In this document: piece after piece, positions 1 to 12,145 of the stretch | Position numbering within the stretch: the stretch's first letter is position 1 | Layout: each line of letters starts with the position of its first letter | NCBI RefSeq assembly: GCF_028641065.1 | Contig: NC_073392.1 | Span: 15,314,001 to 15,378,000 of the forward strand | DNA: 64,000 bases | From: Leucoraja erinacea | Taxonomy: Eukaryota | Reading direction: 5' to 3' | Program-made: the position numbers and the translations under genes | The notes under the pieces: generated by a model | What the model saw: the letters and a program-made list of their open reading frames with translations, nothing else | The model's database searches: none | Told to the model about the DNA's origin: nothing

Positions 1-56
1 ACAAGTGTTGTTTTTAAATGTGCTATAGAAATAAAATTGACTTGACTTGACTTGAC
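1..56 (+). mobile_element. LINE (L2-like) 3' end with (TTGAC)n tail
   Basis: tgctatagaaataaa followed by 4x ttgac, typical of a LINE 3' terminus. Confidence 0.5.
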
Positions 57-107
57 TAGATAGAGCCACAAACAGTCCAAAGGATTCAAATGCCAAAAGA
101 TAAATGC

Positions 108-358
108 GGCCTCATCTACGTCTTATACAACTGCAACATGACCTCCCAACTTCTATACTTAATTCTCTGACTGATGAAGGCCAATGTGCCAAACGGCTTT
201 TTGACCACCCTATCTACCTGCGACTCCACCTTCAAGGAACCATGCACCTGCACGCTTAGATCCCTCTGCTCTGCAACTCTCCCCAGAACTGTACCATTCA
301 CTGTGTAGGTCCTGCCCATGTTAGCCTTCCCAAAATGCCACACCTCACATTTCTCTGT
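108..358 (-). mobile_element. CR1 LINE ORF2 fragment
   Basis: ORF 116-343: HFGKAN...RDLSVQVHGSLKVESQVDRVVKK...YRSWEVMLQLYKT, the CR1 post-RT region. Confidence 0.9.
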
Positions 359-364
359 TATGAG

Positions 365-1500
365 ACAATAATGTACAAGGCTGTGTTACCCACTCTCTGC
401 AGGTCCAGCCAGTCAAAAGCAGTGCAGTTGCCATACCAGGCTGAGATACATCCAGCCAGAATCCTTTCTATGTAGATTTCAAGAGAATCATCATAGATAT
501 GAAATTTCTTCTCATACATATAAGAAAGTAAATATATTGATTGCTTTCTTGATCACCACATCAGTGTGAAGGGACTAGGTAACGTTTCTGGTTATATTAA
601 TGCCTCGGAACTTGAAGCTGATGACCAGCTCTAATGCAGCTCTGTAGATGAGGACTGGGCGCTATATATTCTCTTGTTTCATTAGTTCATGTAGTGATGT
701 ATTCAAGAGAGAGTTTGATAGAGCTCTGAGGGCTAATGAAATCAAGGGATATGGGGGGAAAGCAGGAACGGGGCACTGATTTTGGATGATCAGTCATGAT
801 CATATTGAATAATGGGGCTGGCTTGAAAAGCCGAATGGCCTACTCCTGCATCTATTTTCTGTGTTTCCTTAGTTCAACAACCAACTCTTTTGTCATGCTG
901 ATGTTAAGGGCTAAGTTATTGTTCTGACATCATGATACTAGTTTCTCGATCTTTTTCCTGTATTTGGTCTCATTGCTGCTGTAGATCCAGCTGACAACAG
1001 TGGTATCAACAAACGTAAAGGCTGAGTTGGCATGGTATTGGGCCACACAGACATGGATGTACAAGGAGCAGAGAGTCAAGGGTAGAGCAAGGTACTGAGC
1101 ACACAGTCATGAGGGGCACCTTTGCTAGGGGTCTGGGTGGAGGAAATGTTGTGACCATTTCCAACCAACTGAGCTCTGATGGTCAAGACATCCAGAAGCC
1201 AGTTGTAGATGGAGGCCCCAAAGCCAAGGCGTCAAAGTTTAGTGATGTTTATTTAGTATTCTGGTGTTGAAAGTTGAGCTGTCCTCCATGAATAGCATTT
1301 GGATGCAGGTGTTCATACTGTCTAGGCATCCAGGGCTGAATGTCGTACAAGAGAGATAGAATCCTCCATTGACCTATTTTCCTGCGTAAGAATTGCACGT
1401 GGGCCCAATTTGTTTGAAGGCTGACGCAAATGTGGGCCATTACCAATGTTTCAAGGCACGTCAATATGTTTGATGTTAGAGCAACTTGGCAGACCTCCAC
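365..1500 (-). mobile_element. Decayed Rex1/Babar-like LINE RT fragment, interrupted by a CR1 3' end
   Basis: Minus strand gives degenerate CVLS..L.Y, FVDTTV (KFADDTTV-like), LALNISMTKELVV and FRGINI motifs. Confidence 0.7.
695..868 (+). mobile_element. CR1 3' UTR fragment
   Basis: gatatggggggaaagcaggaacggg...gatcagtcatgatcatattgaat...ccgaatggcctactcctgc matches the 29400-29530 tail. Confidence 0.85.
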
Positions 1501-1555
1501 CTCATGTAGGACCTGCTACTGATGGGTCCATGTTTTACCGTTGTCTATCAAAGAT

Positions 1556-1838
1556 ACGGTGGCGCAGCGGTAGAGCTGCTGCCTTACAGTGCCGGAGATC
1601 CGGGTTCGATCCTGACTCCGGGTGCTCTCTGTATGGAGTTTGTACGTTCTCCCGCAACGACGTAGACTTTCCCCGGGGGCTCCGATTCCTGCGCACACTC
1701 CAAACATGCACAAGGTTGTAGGGTAATTTGACCGGTAAAAATTGTAAATTGTCCCTTGTCTGCAGGATAATGCCAGTGTACGGGGTGATCGCTGGTCGGC
1801 ATGGACTTGGTGGGCTAAATGGCCTACAAAACTAAACA
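1556..1838 (+). mobile_element. tRNA-derived V-SINE (HE1-like)
   Basis: A box tggcgcagcgg, B box ggttcgatcc, central V-type domain, CR1-like tail ending in ctaaa. Confidence 0.85.
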
Positions 1839-3869
1839 CATCAGAGTGAATCTGAGGGTGATACCAACAGTAAATTAAAAAATGTTTGTAGCTGGGAAAA
1901 GAAGCCATTCACAATGATGCCTGGTCACCATACATCTTTTATTTTGAAATAAAAATCTACACACAGCTCTTTTAATAAATTCTGTATGTACACAGTGTTG
2001 TACACAGAGGAGATACAATCCTACAGAGTAAGTGTATAATTTTATGCTTAAATGCTTTCGATGTCAGAGAATATAATTTTGCCTCATATACCCATAGAAA
2101 CATTGCCATTAGCTTGTGAATAAGGAAGTAGGACATTGTTTTTGGTAATAGTAAAGACAGCAGGAGGCAGATCAAATGCCTTCCTTGTACATATTTGGAA
2201 GAAGAATGTACTAATAACCGCATTTTGAGATACGGTTATTGCAAATCACAGCTGGCTCAGTATGCCTAGGACTATTTTACTTCGGAGTCACGTGAGTGAC
2301 TACGTGAAGAACCCTGCCAGGACGCATGCGTGTCATATCGCTACACGCATTGCAACGAGTCACAGCAGGGGGAACAACGTTCCCTTAGCGGCAAAATTTG
2401 AAAGCCGGGAACAGCAGGTAAGGAGACTTTGCGTTCCAGAATTTGAAAGTCAGGAACAGCAGGTAAGAAGACTCTGCGTTCCTTCCACTTACCTTTTAGG
2501 TGGAGACATGGACCGGATCCACGAAGGCTGCGGGAAAGCTGGCGGGGGAGAACCGCGGAGTTGCGGGCAGCCGGCAGCAGCAGCCAAAGGCACGCTAATC
2601 TCCCGTAATGGGAACAGCTGTGCCCGACTTCGCTCCCGACTTCGCTCCCGCGCCGGCCCCGACCGGTCGGGAGAAGTAGGCAACTAACAGAGTCGTTGAT
2701 TTCGAGGAGTCCGACTGAATAGCCGCGAGCGGCCAGTGCCCGTGAGCACGGGAGCCGGTTGGAGCGGCTGCAGGATGGGTCAACAGCAGCCGGGAGTGGC
2801 CTATGCCCGAGAGCATAAGAGCCAGTTGGAACGGCTGCTGGAGGGAATACCCCAAAGTGGCAGGCTCTGGGAGATGGCGCTAGCCACAGTGGGCAGTTAG
2901 TAAGCCCCACAGCAGTACCTCTTGTAGGGCTGCACAGTGATTCTCCCTCATCAGAGGGGAGTATAGGGGGTCCATTCTGGGCTGAACCTGAACAGGGGTG
3001 CAGAACATACCCCTAGTGCACATGGGGTGCAGAAAACCTATTGGAAGACACTTACCATCAGGGAACTGCAATACACTGAATGTTCCCAGTATCAACCAGT
3101 GTATTTGAAACATGGCAGTGCAGGGACTTGAAACGAAAGAAAGTTACAAAAGTCCTAACAGCGGGTATTACGGGTTTCGCCCGCACAATATACAAAAAAG
3201 ACATGACACTAGATCACCAGGATGCACTGGCCTTATTTTGCTAACTACCAATACGAGTAAACAGCATTAGGAAGAAGTACCATCCAACCGGCTTTAGACC
3301 CTAATTTGCAGGCCTATGCAAACCTGGAACCTCCATACCACCAATATTAAAATTTTGAGGCAACTTATCTAAACAGGTAAAGACCTTGACATAGAGGGAA
3401 ACCCTGGGGCTCATTAAGCAACGTCTAAAATCTACTTCCTGGGGAATGCGCTAACCCTCAGCACACACCCAACTACAGATCCAGACACCGGCACCTCAAC
3501 GTCCACGGAGGATGCTGAAAAAGTAACACATCTACTTATAGTAACCATGGAGGAAGAAGTATAGGGTTATACCATAGAATTATTCAAAACATAATCCTCC
3601 AGTTCAGCATGTACCGAACTGAATGTTCATGCTTACAGGCAAAGAAATAATCAAAAGCACATACTGAACTACAGTGCCCAAATAAAAAAGGAGTAATCGA
3701 GGACATCCAACACGAATCACAGGAATTCGTGTCCAAAAATCTTTATCATAAAATAGATGGTGGTTGCCACGTCATCATAGATTTGACTAATTCGAATACT
3801 TTCGTACTTTATATTCATTACTAGATGGGAACTTAGTGGCAGACAACAGGTCACGCTAAGTCTATGAAA

Positions 3870-4270
3870 ACACTGTATGGATGTTGGATAAAAAGTGTAT
3901 TGCTGGAATTACAGCACGGTATGGAACACCAGATAACGACCTATTCACATCCATGCTCTCACCAGTTATCGAATTAGGTTCTTGGGAACCAGAACCTGGG
4001 GCAGTGGTAACAGATGCTTTTCGCTGCATTGGGGGATTATTTATGCATTCCCTCCTTCTGCCTCATCAGTCGGGTATTTAGGAATAAACAGTAGACTCCG
4101 CGTCTGGTATTCTGATAGTACCCGATTGGTCTACTCAACCATCGGTCCCGGTGATATCGACATGGTTTTAGAACCATGCATCACCATCCATCTTAGACCT
4201 AATTTACTGGTTCTTCCCGCAACAAGGGGGGTTACCCATGTCATAATTATATAAACCTATTAATTTATAG
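3870..4270 (+). pseudogene. DIRS DAM-methyltransferase-like domain remnant
   Basis: WMLDK...YGTPDNDLFTS...SWEPEPGAVVTDAF..HWG..YAFPP across frameshifted ORFs 3881 and 3982. Confidence 0.8.
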
Positions 4271-4378
4271 AGTTGAAAGCACCTCTACTACACCTGGGAC
4301 TGACGGACCGAACAGTGGAATTATTTCAGCGGGCCACAGACAGTCCACCAAAAAATCAGTACTTGGTGTCAGCAAGAA

Positions 4379-5245
4379 ATGGGAAGTACTGTCACAACAA
4401 TAAACATCACCCACAGATCTATGGACATCCCGTCTGTTCTGGAATTCCTGGCAAGCCTCCATTACGATGAGAGGCTCAGTCATAGTGCCATCAACTGCGC
4501 CAGAAGTGCTCTGTCAACATACCTGGCGCAAGGAACAGAGCGGCATTCTGTTGGGACACACACCCTGGTAACTAAACTCATGAGGGGGCATTTTAATATT
4601 AATCCCCCAAGAACCAGGTACTCCCAAATATGGGATGTGAGCATTGTACTGACCATGTTAAGAAACTGGTCTCCAGCTACAGCTCTGTCCCTACAGAAAC
4701 TGACTATGAAAACAGTCATGCTGATGGCCTTGGTTACGGCACAAAGGGTCCAGTCACTACAGAAACTAAGGTTGGACAACATGATTATTTCATCTGGAAA
4801 TTTAACTTTTCACATCAATGAAATAGTCAAACAGAACAGACAGGGGTCAGCAGGCCTAAAAACAGAATTCAGGGCCTACCCGACAGATGGTCGTCTCTGT
4901 ATTGTAACACACTTACTATTATATATGGAGTATACTAAGATCATCAGAGGGAAGAAATGTCACTTTAATCAGCTACAAACAGCCACTCAAAACAGTGACA
5001 GTCCCGACCATCTCTAGATGGCTAAAACAGGTCCTAATAAAGGCTGGAGTAGACACTAGCATTTTAAAAAATCTCACTCCACCAGGGCTACAGCTACTTC
5101 CGCAGCTATGAAGTTGGACGTTCCTATGGACCAAATCCTCAAGACAGCAGGATGGTCAACGGAGGAAACTTTCCAACGACTTTATAACAATCCAGTCATT
5201 GAACCTGGAACATTTGCAGAAACAAATTTAAGTTCTGTAATATAA
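4379..5245 (+). pseudogene. DIRS tyrosine recombinase, frameshifted
   Basis: ARSALS, PRYSQIWDV, catalytic TAQRVQSL. Shifted frames continue with TISRWLK, SHSTRA, ILKTAGW and FQRLY. Confidence 0.92.
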
Positions 5246-5405
5246 TTTACCCCATAAATAGGGGCAATAATTGGTGTTAATATTTTTACCGTTGGGTTTC
5301 AATATCGTATTGATGTCTAATGATGTTAACTCTATTCTCCCCAAAATCAAGGCAGATGTGATGCATGGACTCGTTCCACGGCATGAAATCACAGAGCTTT
5401 AAAAT

Positions 5406-5517
5406 CTTCACATAGTCACTCACGTGACTCTGAAGTAAAATAGTAAGCTTAAACGAGAACTTACCAGTTTGAAGTTTGATCTTTATTTTATGAGGAGTAA
5501 CGTTGAGGGAATACGTG
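5406..5517 (+). repeat. DIRS internal complementary region (ICR), copy A
   Basis: 5406-5440 is the reverse complement of 2275-2309, and 5441-5517 of 5654-5730, with few mismatches. Confidence 0.95.
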
Positions 5518-6199
5518 CCCTCCGCTCCCACCCTTGATCATATCCTGAACTGGTATCTCTTCTCTAATCTTACTATGTTTAGACATTACAGTTATCTGTG
5601 ATTTCACACCGCTGCTTTGAAGAATGACACGCATGCGTCCTGGCGGGGTTCTTCACGTATTCCCTCAACGTTACTCCTCATAAAATAAAGATCAAACTTC
5701 AAACTGGTAAGTTCTCGTTTAATCTTACTATTTTAATTGATATTAAATTAGGCCTATCTCCTGTGGTATTGGTTAGGGTGGACTAGAAAATTATCTGGGC
5801 TTTAACAATGAGGATGTCTGTACCATGCAGGGGTGAGTGCTTTACAGCAAATAAAGTAACCTAAATTGATTTGAGATGGTACTGTACTCTGGTTAATTAA
5901 TTTGTGCTCTGGGATCTAGTTCCACAACTTTGCCTTTTATTCCACAAATTGCATTTATTTTATATGGATCTTTTTATCCATGAATTACATCAATATAATT
6001 TTTCATCCATTTGTTTTCTAAATGCTCTTGGCTAACAGGAAAGTGCACAACATCCCAGATCCCAAAGATTCTGCAAGAGCTTCTGTGATCAGCTGTCATC
6101 TGTGTATGTCATATGGTAGTTTCCCACGGACATTCCGGCTCCTCCACATCAGTTAAACCACAGTACTGGGTCCAAGGACCAGTTCCATCCCTTCATTGT

Positions 6200-6800
6200 C
6201 ACATACAAGGAATCAACGCCATTTTTAATAGCTGTAGTGGACTGTCTCAGCAACGCCACCAACATAATCAAGGACCAGTCTCATCTCGGTCATTCCCCCT
6301 TCTCCGCTCTTCCATCAGGCAAGATTTACAGAAGTGTGAAACTACATACCTCCAGATTCAGGGAGTCTTCCTAGCTGTTATCAGGCAAATAAACCATCCT
6401 ACCAACAACTAGAGAGCAGGTCTGAGCAGTGGCGGACTGGGTCTAAAAATATTGGTTGCCAGGAGACAAAGGGGGCCACCCACAACTACAATGCTATCAT
6501 TTAACAGTGGCCCACTTGCCATCACTTGCTATCACTTCATCAGGGGCCACTTGCCATCGGGCAAGCTGACACCCTGGCCAGTCCGCCACTGGGTCTGAGC
6601 TACTATTGATCTCATTGAAGACCCCTGGAATTTCTTTAATCAGACTTTACTGGATTTTATATTGCACTAAATGTTAGTTCCTTTATCATGTATCTGTGCA
6701 CTGTGGAGGGCTCAATTGGAATCAGTAGAATTTACTGCTGACAGGTTAGCAAGCGACAAAAGGCTTTTCACATACGCTCGGTATAAATAAACTAAACTAT
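6200..6800 (+). mobile_element. Rex/Babar-like LINE 3' end, split by a hAT MITE
   Basis: NIIKDQSHLGH..S.LPSGKIYRSVK..TSRFR..F.AVIRQINH, then a 3' UTR ending aataaactaaact. Confidence 0.8.
6427..6591. mobile_element. hAT-type MITE (165 bp)
   Basis: 14-bp TIR CAGTGGCGGACTGG and perfect 8-bp TSD GGTCTGAG (6419-6426 and 6592-6599). Confidence 0.93.
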
Positions 6801-6894
6801 AAGGGGACAGGCATTTTTGAAACATTCTTGGGGCATGGGACACAACTCCAGAAAAATCGATCCCTTCCCTTTACATTTTTTGGGCACTAAGCAG

Positions 6895-7215
6895 GCACAA
6901 CAGTATAGTACCCCAGTAAATAGAACTCCTGGCTTACAGCTCCAGCTACCTAGATTCAAACCCATCTTCCAATTCTGTCCACGCAGTGCTTGGCTGCATG
7001 AGATTACTCATAGTGCTCCCAGTTTTCTTGTTCATCCCAAAGATAGATTTATGTTAATCATTGTAAATTGCCTGTAATCTGTCAGCGAATGACAGAATAT
7101 GGGAGGAATTGATAGAAATGTGGGGATTAAAATGGGATTGGTGTAAATCGATACCTGATGGTCAGCATGGGCTCGGTGGGCTAAAGGACCTGTTTGTGTG
7201 CAGTGGCTCAATAAC
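6895..7215 (+). mobile_element. Old degenerate V-SINE
   Basis: Weak similarity to the other SINE copies (catcccaaaga, gtaaattgcc, tcggtgggctaaaggacctgttt). Confidence 0.55.
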
Positions 7216-7343
7216 TATGTCAACTGTGTTCAATCTTTCCCAATGAATTTTTCTGTAAAATAAATATTTCAAAATCTAATTTGAAAAAAGATGATTCTGA
7301 CAAATGATTACTTTGAACTTATTTTTAAACAATGACTTTGAAT

Positions 7344-7371
7344 CTGACGAAAGGTCCTGACCTGAAACGTC
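7344..7371 (+). ncRNA. Minimal hammerhead-ribozyme-like motif (Penelope pLTR fragment)
   Basis: CTGACGA-aaggtcctgacct-GAAAC-GTC. Confidence 0.5.
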
Positions 7372-7392
7372 ACCTATCGATTTTCTCCGGAG

Positions 7393-7882
7393 GGCACAGG
7401 GAAGATTTATGAGGATGTTGCCAGGACTAGAGGGTCTGTGCTACCGGGAGAGGTTGAGTAGACTGGGACTCTATTCCCTGGAGCGCAGGAGGATGAGGGG
7501 TGATCGTATAGAGGTGTATAAAATCATCAGAGGAATAGATCAGGTAGATGCACAGAGTCTCTTTCCGAGAGTAGGTGAATCGAAGACGAGAGGACATAGG
7601 TTTAAGATGAAGGGGAAAAGATTGAATAGGAATCTGAGGGGTAACCTTTTTCACACAAAGGGTAGTGGGTGTATGGAACAAGCTGCCAGAGGAGGTAGTT
7701 GAGGCTGAGACTATCCCAACGTTTAAGAAGCAGACAGACAGGTACATGAATAGGACAGGTTTGGAGGAATATGGTCCAAATGCAGGCAAGTGGAACGTGT
7801 AGCTGGGACATGTTGGCCGGTGTGGGCAAGTTGGGCCGAAGGGCCTATTTCCATGCTGTATCTATGACTCCATGACTCTATG
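7393..7882 (+). mobile_element. CR1 3' fragment
   Basis: RMLPGLEGLCYRERLSRLGLYSLERRRMRGDRIEVYKI...TRGHRFK, tail (ctatgact)n. Confidence 0.93.
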
Positions 7883-8609
7883 AGATGCTGCCGATATATG
7901 TTGAGTCCTTTGCCTTCTTAAAGCTTTTCTTAATTTGATGAATGGATCGAACACTACATCTAATAAAGTCAACTTAAATTTTAACGATAAAATAGAATGT
8001 TTCGCAGAACCTAAATAATAAAGTATATGCATATACAAGTAATAGTTTTGTAATTATAGAAATTCATTCTATAATTTAATTTACAGGAAAATAACAGAAG
8101 GATACAAGCGGCATGTTATAAGTTGATGTATAACTGTTATATTCTACATGTTCTTACATTTCTCACTGCCAGTGGATATACTAATCTAAATGGTCTTAAT
8201 GTTAATATATTTCAAGGCTATCATCATCATTTTTTTCTTCCTCTAACACTGTTTTCATCTCTCATATTTCAAACTAACCAATTCCAACCTTGGACTGTGA
8301 TTACTTGAATTGTGTATATCGAGTGATTCAAATTTAAAGAAGAAAATGTCAATTGTGTGCAAATTGAACCACCCACGCAGCAATGTTAAAGTTTAAATTA
8401 TTCCTCTCTCAAGGCAGTAACCAACAAAGCAGGCAACGTTTTATTGAGTTAAGCTCAAATAACTTGTAGGCGATGTTATTGTTTCATGCAAATTATAATA
8501 ACCAAACCAAACAGACAAAATATTCATTTTTGTTAGTCGTGAACTTCATAGCTGTGACACCTGAGGAAGAATGAGTTAGTTCAGGAGACAGAGCAATAAT
8601 TGATTAGTT

Positions 8610-8750
8610 TGGGTGTCAGAGGTTATGGGGAGAAGGCAGGAGAATGGGGTTAGGAGGGGGAGATAGATCAGCCATAATTGAATGGCGGAGTAGACTTGAT
8701 GGGCCGAATGGCCTAATTCTACTCCTATCACTTATGATCATGATCTTATG
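8610..8750 (+). mobile_element. CR1 3' UTR fragment
   Basis: ggttatggggagaaggcaggagaatgggg...gggccgaatggcctaattct. Confidence 0.8.
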
Positions 8751-9221
8751 AATAAAACTTGCATTCAACTCAGCGAGGAAGTGGGTGGAAATGGGTGTGA
8801 GGATTTCACATTTGGAGGAGAGAGAAAACAACATAGGGCACTGGAAAAGTAATGTCAGCTATATTGCCAGTACTGACTGAAAACCCCTGACAGAGATTAG
8901 AGGCGAAATGAAATACTACACAATTGATAAGATTTCTTTGGCTTTGCATGATGTATTTCAATTCTTGACAAACTAAGAAACTTGAAAGCTTGCAAGTTAC
9001 AGGGAGTTCAGCTTATATTAAAAAAGTATTCTATGGTATCTTATTCGTGATGCTTTATATTGTAATTGAACGAGATGTGGTAAATGTGGATTGGAAACAT
9101 CAACAAACATTCAACATCAATATCAACAAAAGGGGGAGCTCACTGATCTGAAGAGGAAATGAGGAACGAAGACAGTACACTGGAAAACATTTGCGTTAAT
9201 GGCAAAAGGGTTGAAGCCTAA

Positions 9222-9840
9222 GAATTTTGAGTATAGAAGTTGGTAGGTCATGTTGCAGTTGTATAAGACGTTGGTGAGACCACATTTAGAGTATTATGTT
9301 TTCAGTTCTGGGAACCATGTTATAGGAAAGATGTTGTCAAGCTGGAAAGGATACAGAGAAGATTTACAAGGAGGTTGGCAGAAGTTGACTAGAGGGTGCG
9401 AGCTATAGGCAGAGGTTCAGTAGGATGGGACTATTCATTGGAGCACAGGAGGATGAGGGGTGATCTTATAGAGGTGTATAAGATCATGAAAGGAATAGAT
9501 CAGGTAGATGCACAGAGTCTCTTGCCCAGAGTAGGTGAATCGAGGACCAGAGAACATAGGTTTAAGGTGAAGGGGAAAAAATGTAATAGAAATCTAAGGG
9601 ACAACCTTTTCACACAAAGGGTGGTGGATGTATGCAACGAGCTGCCAGAGGAGGTAGTTGAGGCAGGGACTTTCCCAACATTTCAGGAACGGCTACACAG
9701 GCACGTGGATAGGACAGATTTGGAGGGATATGGACCAAATGCTGGAAGGTGAGACTAGTGCAGCTGGGACATGTTGGCCGGTATGGACAAGTTGGGCCAA
9801 AGGGCCAGTTTCCTCACTATCACTCTATGACTCTCTGACT
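9222..9840 (+). mobile_element. CR1 3' fragment
   Basis: LVRPHLEY...SLEHRRMRGDLIEVYKIMKG...TREHRFK, same subfamily as 7393. Confidence 0.92.
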
Positions 9841-10432
9841 TCAAATAAGATGATGGAAGTGTTTTAACTTTGGGAATTTTAATCACAGATCAATTATACA
9901 TTTGAAAGCAGTACGGTGAGTTGAGATGTTAACAGTCATGTATTCTTCCACATGTGAATGTGTTAAAAACATTATATATCAGTTACAACTTTACAGAAGC
10001 TTGGGGAATGGATGTCTTCTTCTGTGAAGCAAGAAGTTGCTGACTGCAAAAACATGATATTTTTACTAAATAGCGATATCAATTTTGGAAGGAAGGACAC
10101 AATTGCAAAGGGGAAAAAAATGCGCTGAGTTTTGCTCTCAATGGGGAAGGAATGACACGATCTATTCACCTTTCTGAGTTTTGCTCATCCAGTTTTCCCA
10201 AACTTTAGGGAAATTTAGGAAGCTGTTAGTCCAGCCTCTGCTGCAATTTGGTCCCTCTCTACGGTGGGTCCATGCCATCTGTGAGTGGACAAGAAAAAGT
10301 GAAGGTTGTCAACTAACCTTACTAAAGAATCCTTATGAGAGAGAAAGATCAAAAATCAAAATTAAATTTGATAAATATTGGTAGGGAGGCAGTAAGATTG
10401 AAAGAAAAACATATAATATTCTGTGGAAATAA

Positions 10433-10660
10433 AGGGGCTGTCCCACTTGAGCGACCTAATTGGCGAGTTTAGAAGAGTTTAGGAGAGTTTGAAAAATGTC
10501 ATGTTGAAGACCTTCTTGGACTATGTAGAAGACTAGCTTCAACTAGCTTCAGGAAAATTGGACACCGAATAGTGGAGAGTGAAGATACCTCCATCGATCT
10601 CCTTCGACCTCCCTTCGACTATGATGAAGGCTATCTACGACCAACTTCGAATACCTACGG
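10433..10660. mobile_element. Truncated PIF/Harbinger-type MITE
   Basis: TAA plus TIR aggggctgtcccact. Its start is the reverse complement of the 45934-46488 right end. Confidence 0.75.
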
Positions 10661-10964
10661 TCTGACTTCTTACGAAGGCTTCATGACCTGAAATATTAAC
10701 AGTTTCTCTTTCCATAGGTGCTGTCGGATCGGCTGACTGTTTCCAGAATTTTCTGTTTATATTTCTTATTTACAGCATCTGATGAATTTTTCACTCACTC
10801 GGGATGTTGTTTTGCAATTTCTTTCAGTTTTGTTCGATGAAACAATGCATTGGCCAAAATCCAAATATAATAATGAATTCAACATGTAACAGTCCCTTTG
10901 GTCCAATATGTCCATGTTGAAAAACAAGCGCCCATTTTATTCTCTACACATTCCCCACAGATTT

Positions 10965-11160
10965 TAATTCATTAGAGACCCTTGGACTATTTTTCATCAG
11001 AGTATTCTAGCTTTAACTTGCACTAAACTTTATTCCCTTTATCATGTATCTGTACGCTGTGGATGGCTCGATTGCAATCATGTATTTCCGCTGACTGCTT
11101 AGCACGCAAAAAAAGCTTTTCACTGTACCACGATACACGTGACAATAAACTAAACTCAAA
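10965..11160 (+). mobile_element. Rex/Babar-like 3' UTR
   Basis: Matches the 6610-6800 UTR, ends gtgacaataaactaaactcaaa. Confidence 0.75.
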
Positions 11161-11721
11161 CACAAATGCTGTGAAGACCTTCCGCCAAATATTATGATGT
11201 GCCTTCAACCTTTTTCTAACCTGATCCACGAGTGCTGTGCTTAGATTAGAAATTGAAGTAAGCCAGGTAGTTACAGCCAGAATAAAGATGAATTGAAACA
11301 TAATAACTGTCAGCCTTGGCTCATTTGGTTGCAACCATCTAAGACCGATAGGAGACCCCTTCAGAAATGCAAGTGGAAAATCCAGGTTGACAAAATACTG
11401 CAGTCGAAAACACCAAAAACTGGAGATGCTGTAAACTTAGGGAAATCAAGGATGGTTACAGCATCTCATTAATATGTTTGCCACATCAATAGCCATTCAT
11501 ACTTCAGTCCATTCCTAACATCAGACAACACAAAAGCAAGCCAACATTTGGTCAGTTAATACAGTATATACTAGACCAGAGGCTAGATTAAGAAAGTCTC
11601 TGCTTCTGTTCATCGGGTCATTTTAGTTGACATTGGGCCTAACTTTGCAAGTGGCCATGTATCGAATTTTACCCAAGTCAAATCAAGGCAGAAAATGTGA
11701 TTGCTGGCCTTCCACCACTTT

Positions 11722-12145
11722 AGATAGACACAAAAAGCTGGAGTAACTCAGCGGAACAGGCAGCATCTCTCAAGAGAAGGAATGGATGACATTTCGGGTG
11801 TAGACCCTTCTTCAGACTGGTTAGGGATAAAGGAAATGAGAAATATAGACAATGATGTCTGAATCTGAATCTGAATCTGAATCTGAATCTGAATCGGATG
11901 ATGTAGAGAGATAAAGAACAATGAATGAAAGATATCCAAACAAGTAACGATGATAAAGGAAACGGGTCATTGTTAGCTGATTGTTGGGTGAAAACGAGAA
12001 GCTAGTGCGACTTGGGTGGGGGAGGGATAGAGAGAGAGGGAATGCCGGGGCTACCTGAAGTTAGAGAAATGAATATTTATACAGTTACTCCAGTTTTTTG
12101 TGTCTATCTTCGGTTTAAACCAGCATCTGCAGTTCCTTCCTACAC
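11722..12145 (-). mobile_element. Penelope-like element 3' end/pLTR with inverted arm and (TCTGAA)6 microsatellite
   Basis: Reverse complement matches 62675-63035. Hammerhead-like motif at 11788-11815 (-), microsatellite at 11858-11895. Confidence 0.8.

Larger units (their letters stand above)
2275..5730 (+). mobile_element. DIRS1-type tyrosine-recombinase retrotransposon, copy A (internally deleted)
   Basis: Left ITR 2275-2337. ICR 5406-5517 is complementary to both element ends. Right ITR 5624-5659 plus extension to 5730. Remnants of YR, MT-like and RT N-terminal coding sequence. Confidence 0.95.

Noticed and set aside
1556-1625. tRNA genes
   Set aside because: All A/B-box hits continue into the SINE body and tail, and none forms a complete cloverleaf.
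2262-2910. Long overlapping ORFs as a host gene or CpG-island promoter
   Set aside because: They are the GC-rich 5'/gag-like region of the DIRS element.
4379-5245. Phage integrase or horizontally acquired prokaryotic system
   Set aside because: The YR and DAM-like domains sit within canonical DIRS1 termini and are established components of these elements.
5386-5611. Hammerhead ribozyme in the DIRS 3' region (GAAA plus helix)
   Set aside because: No CUGANGA box, and GAAA is not conserved in copy B.
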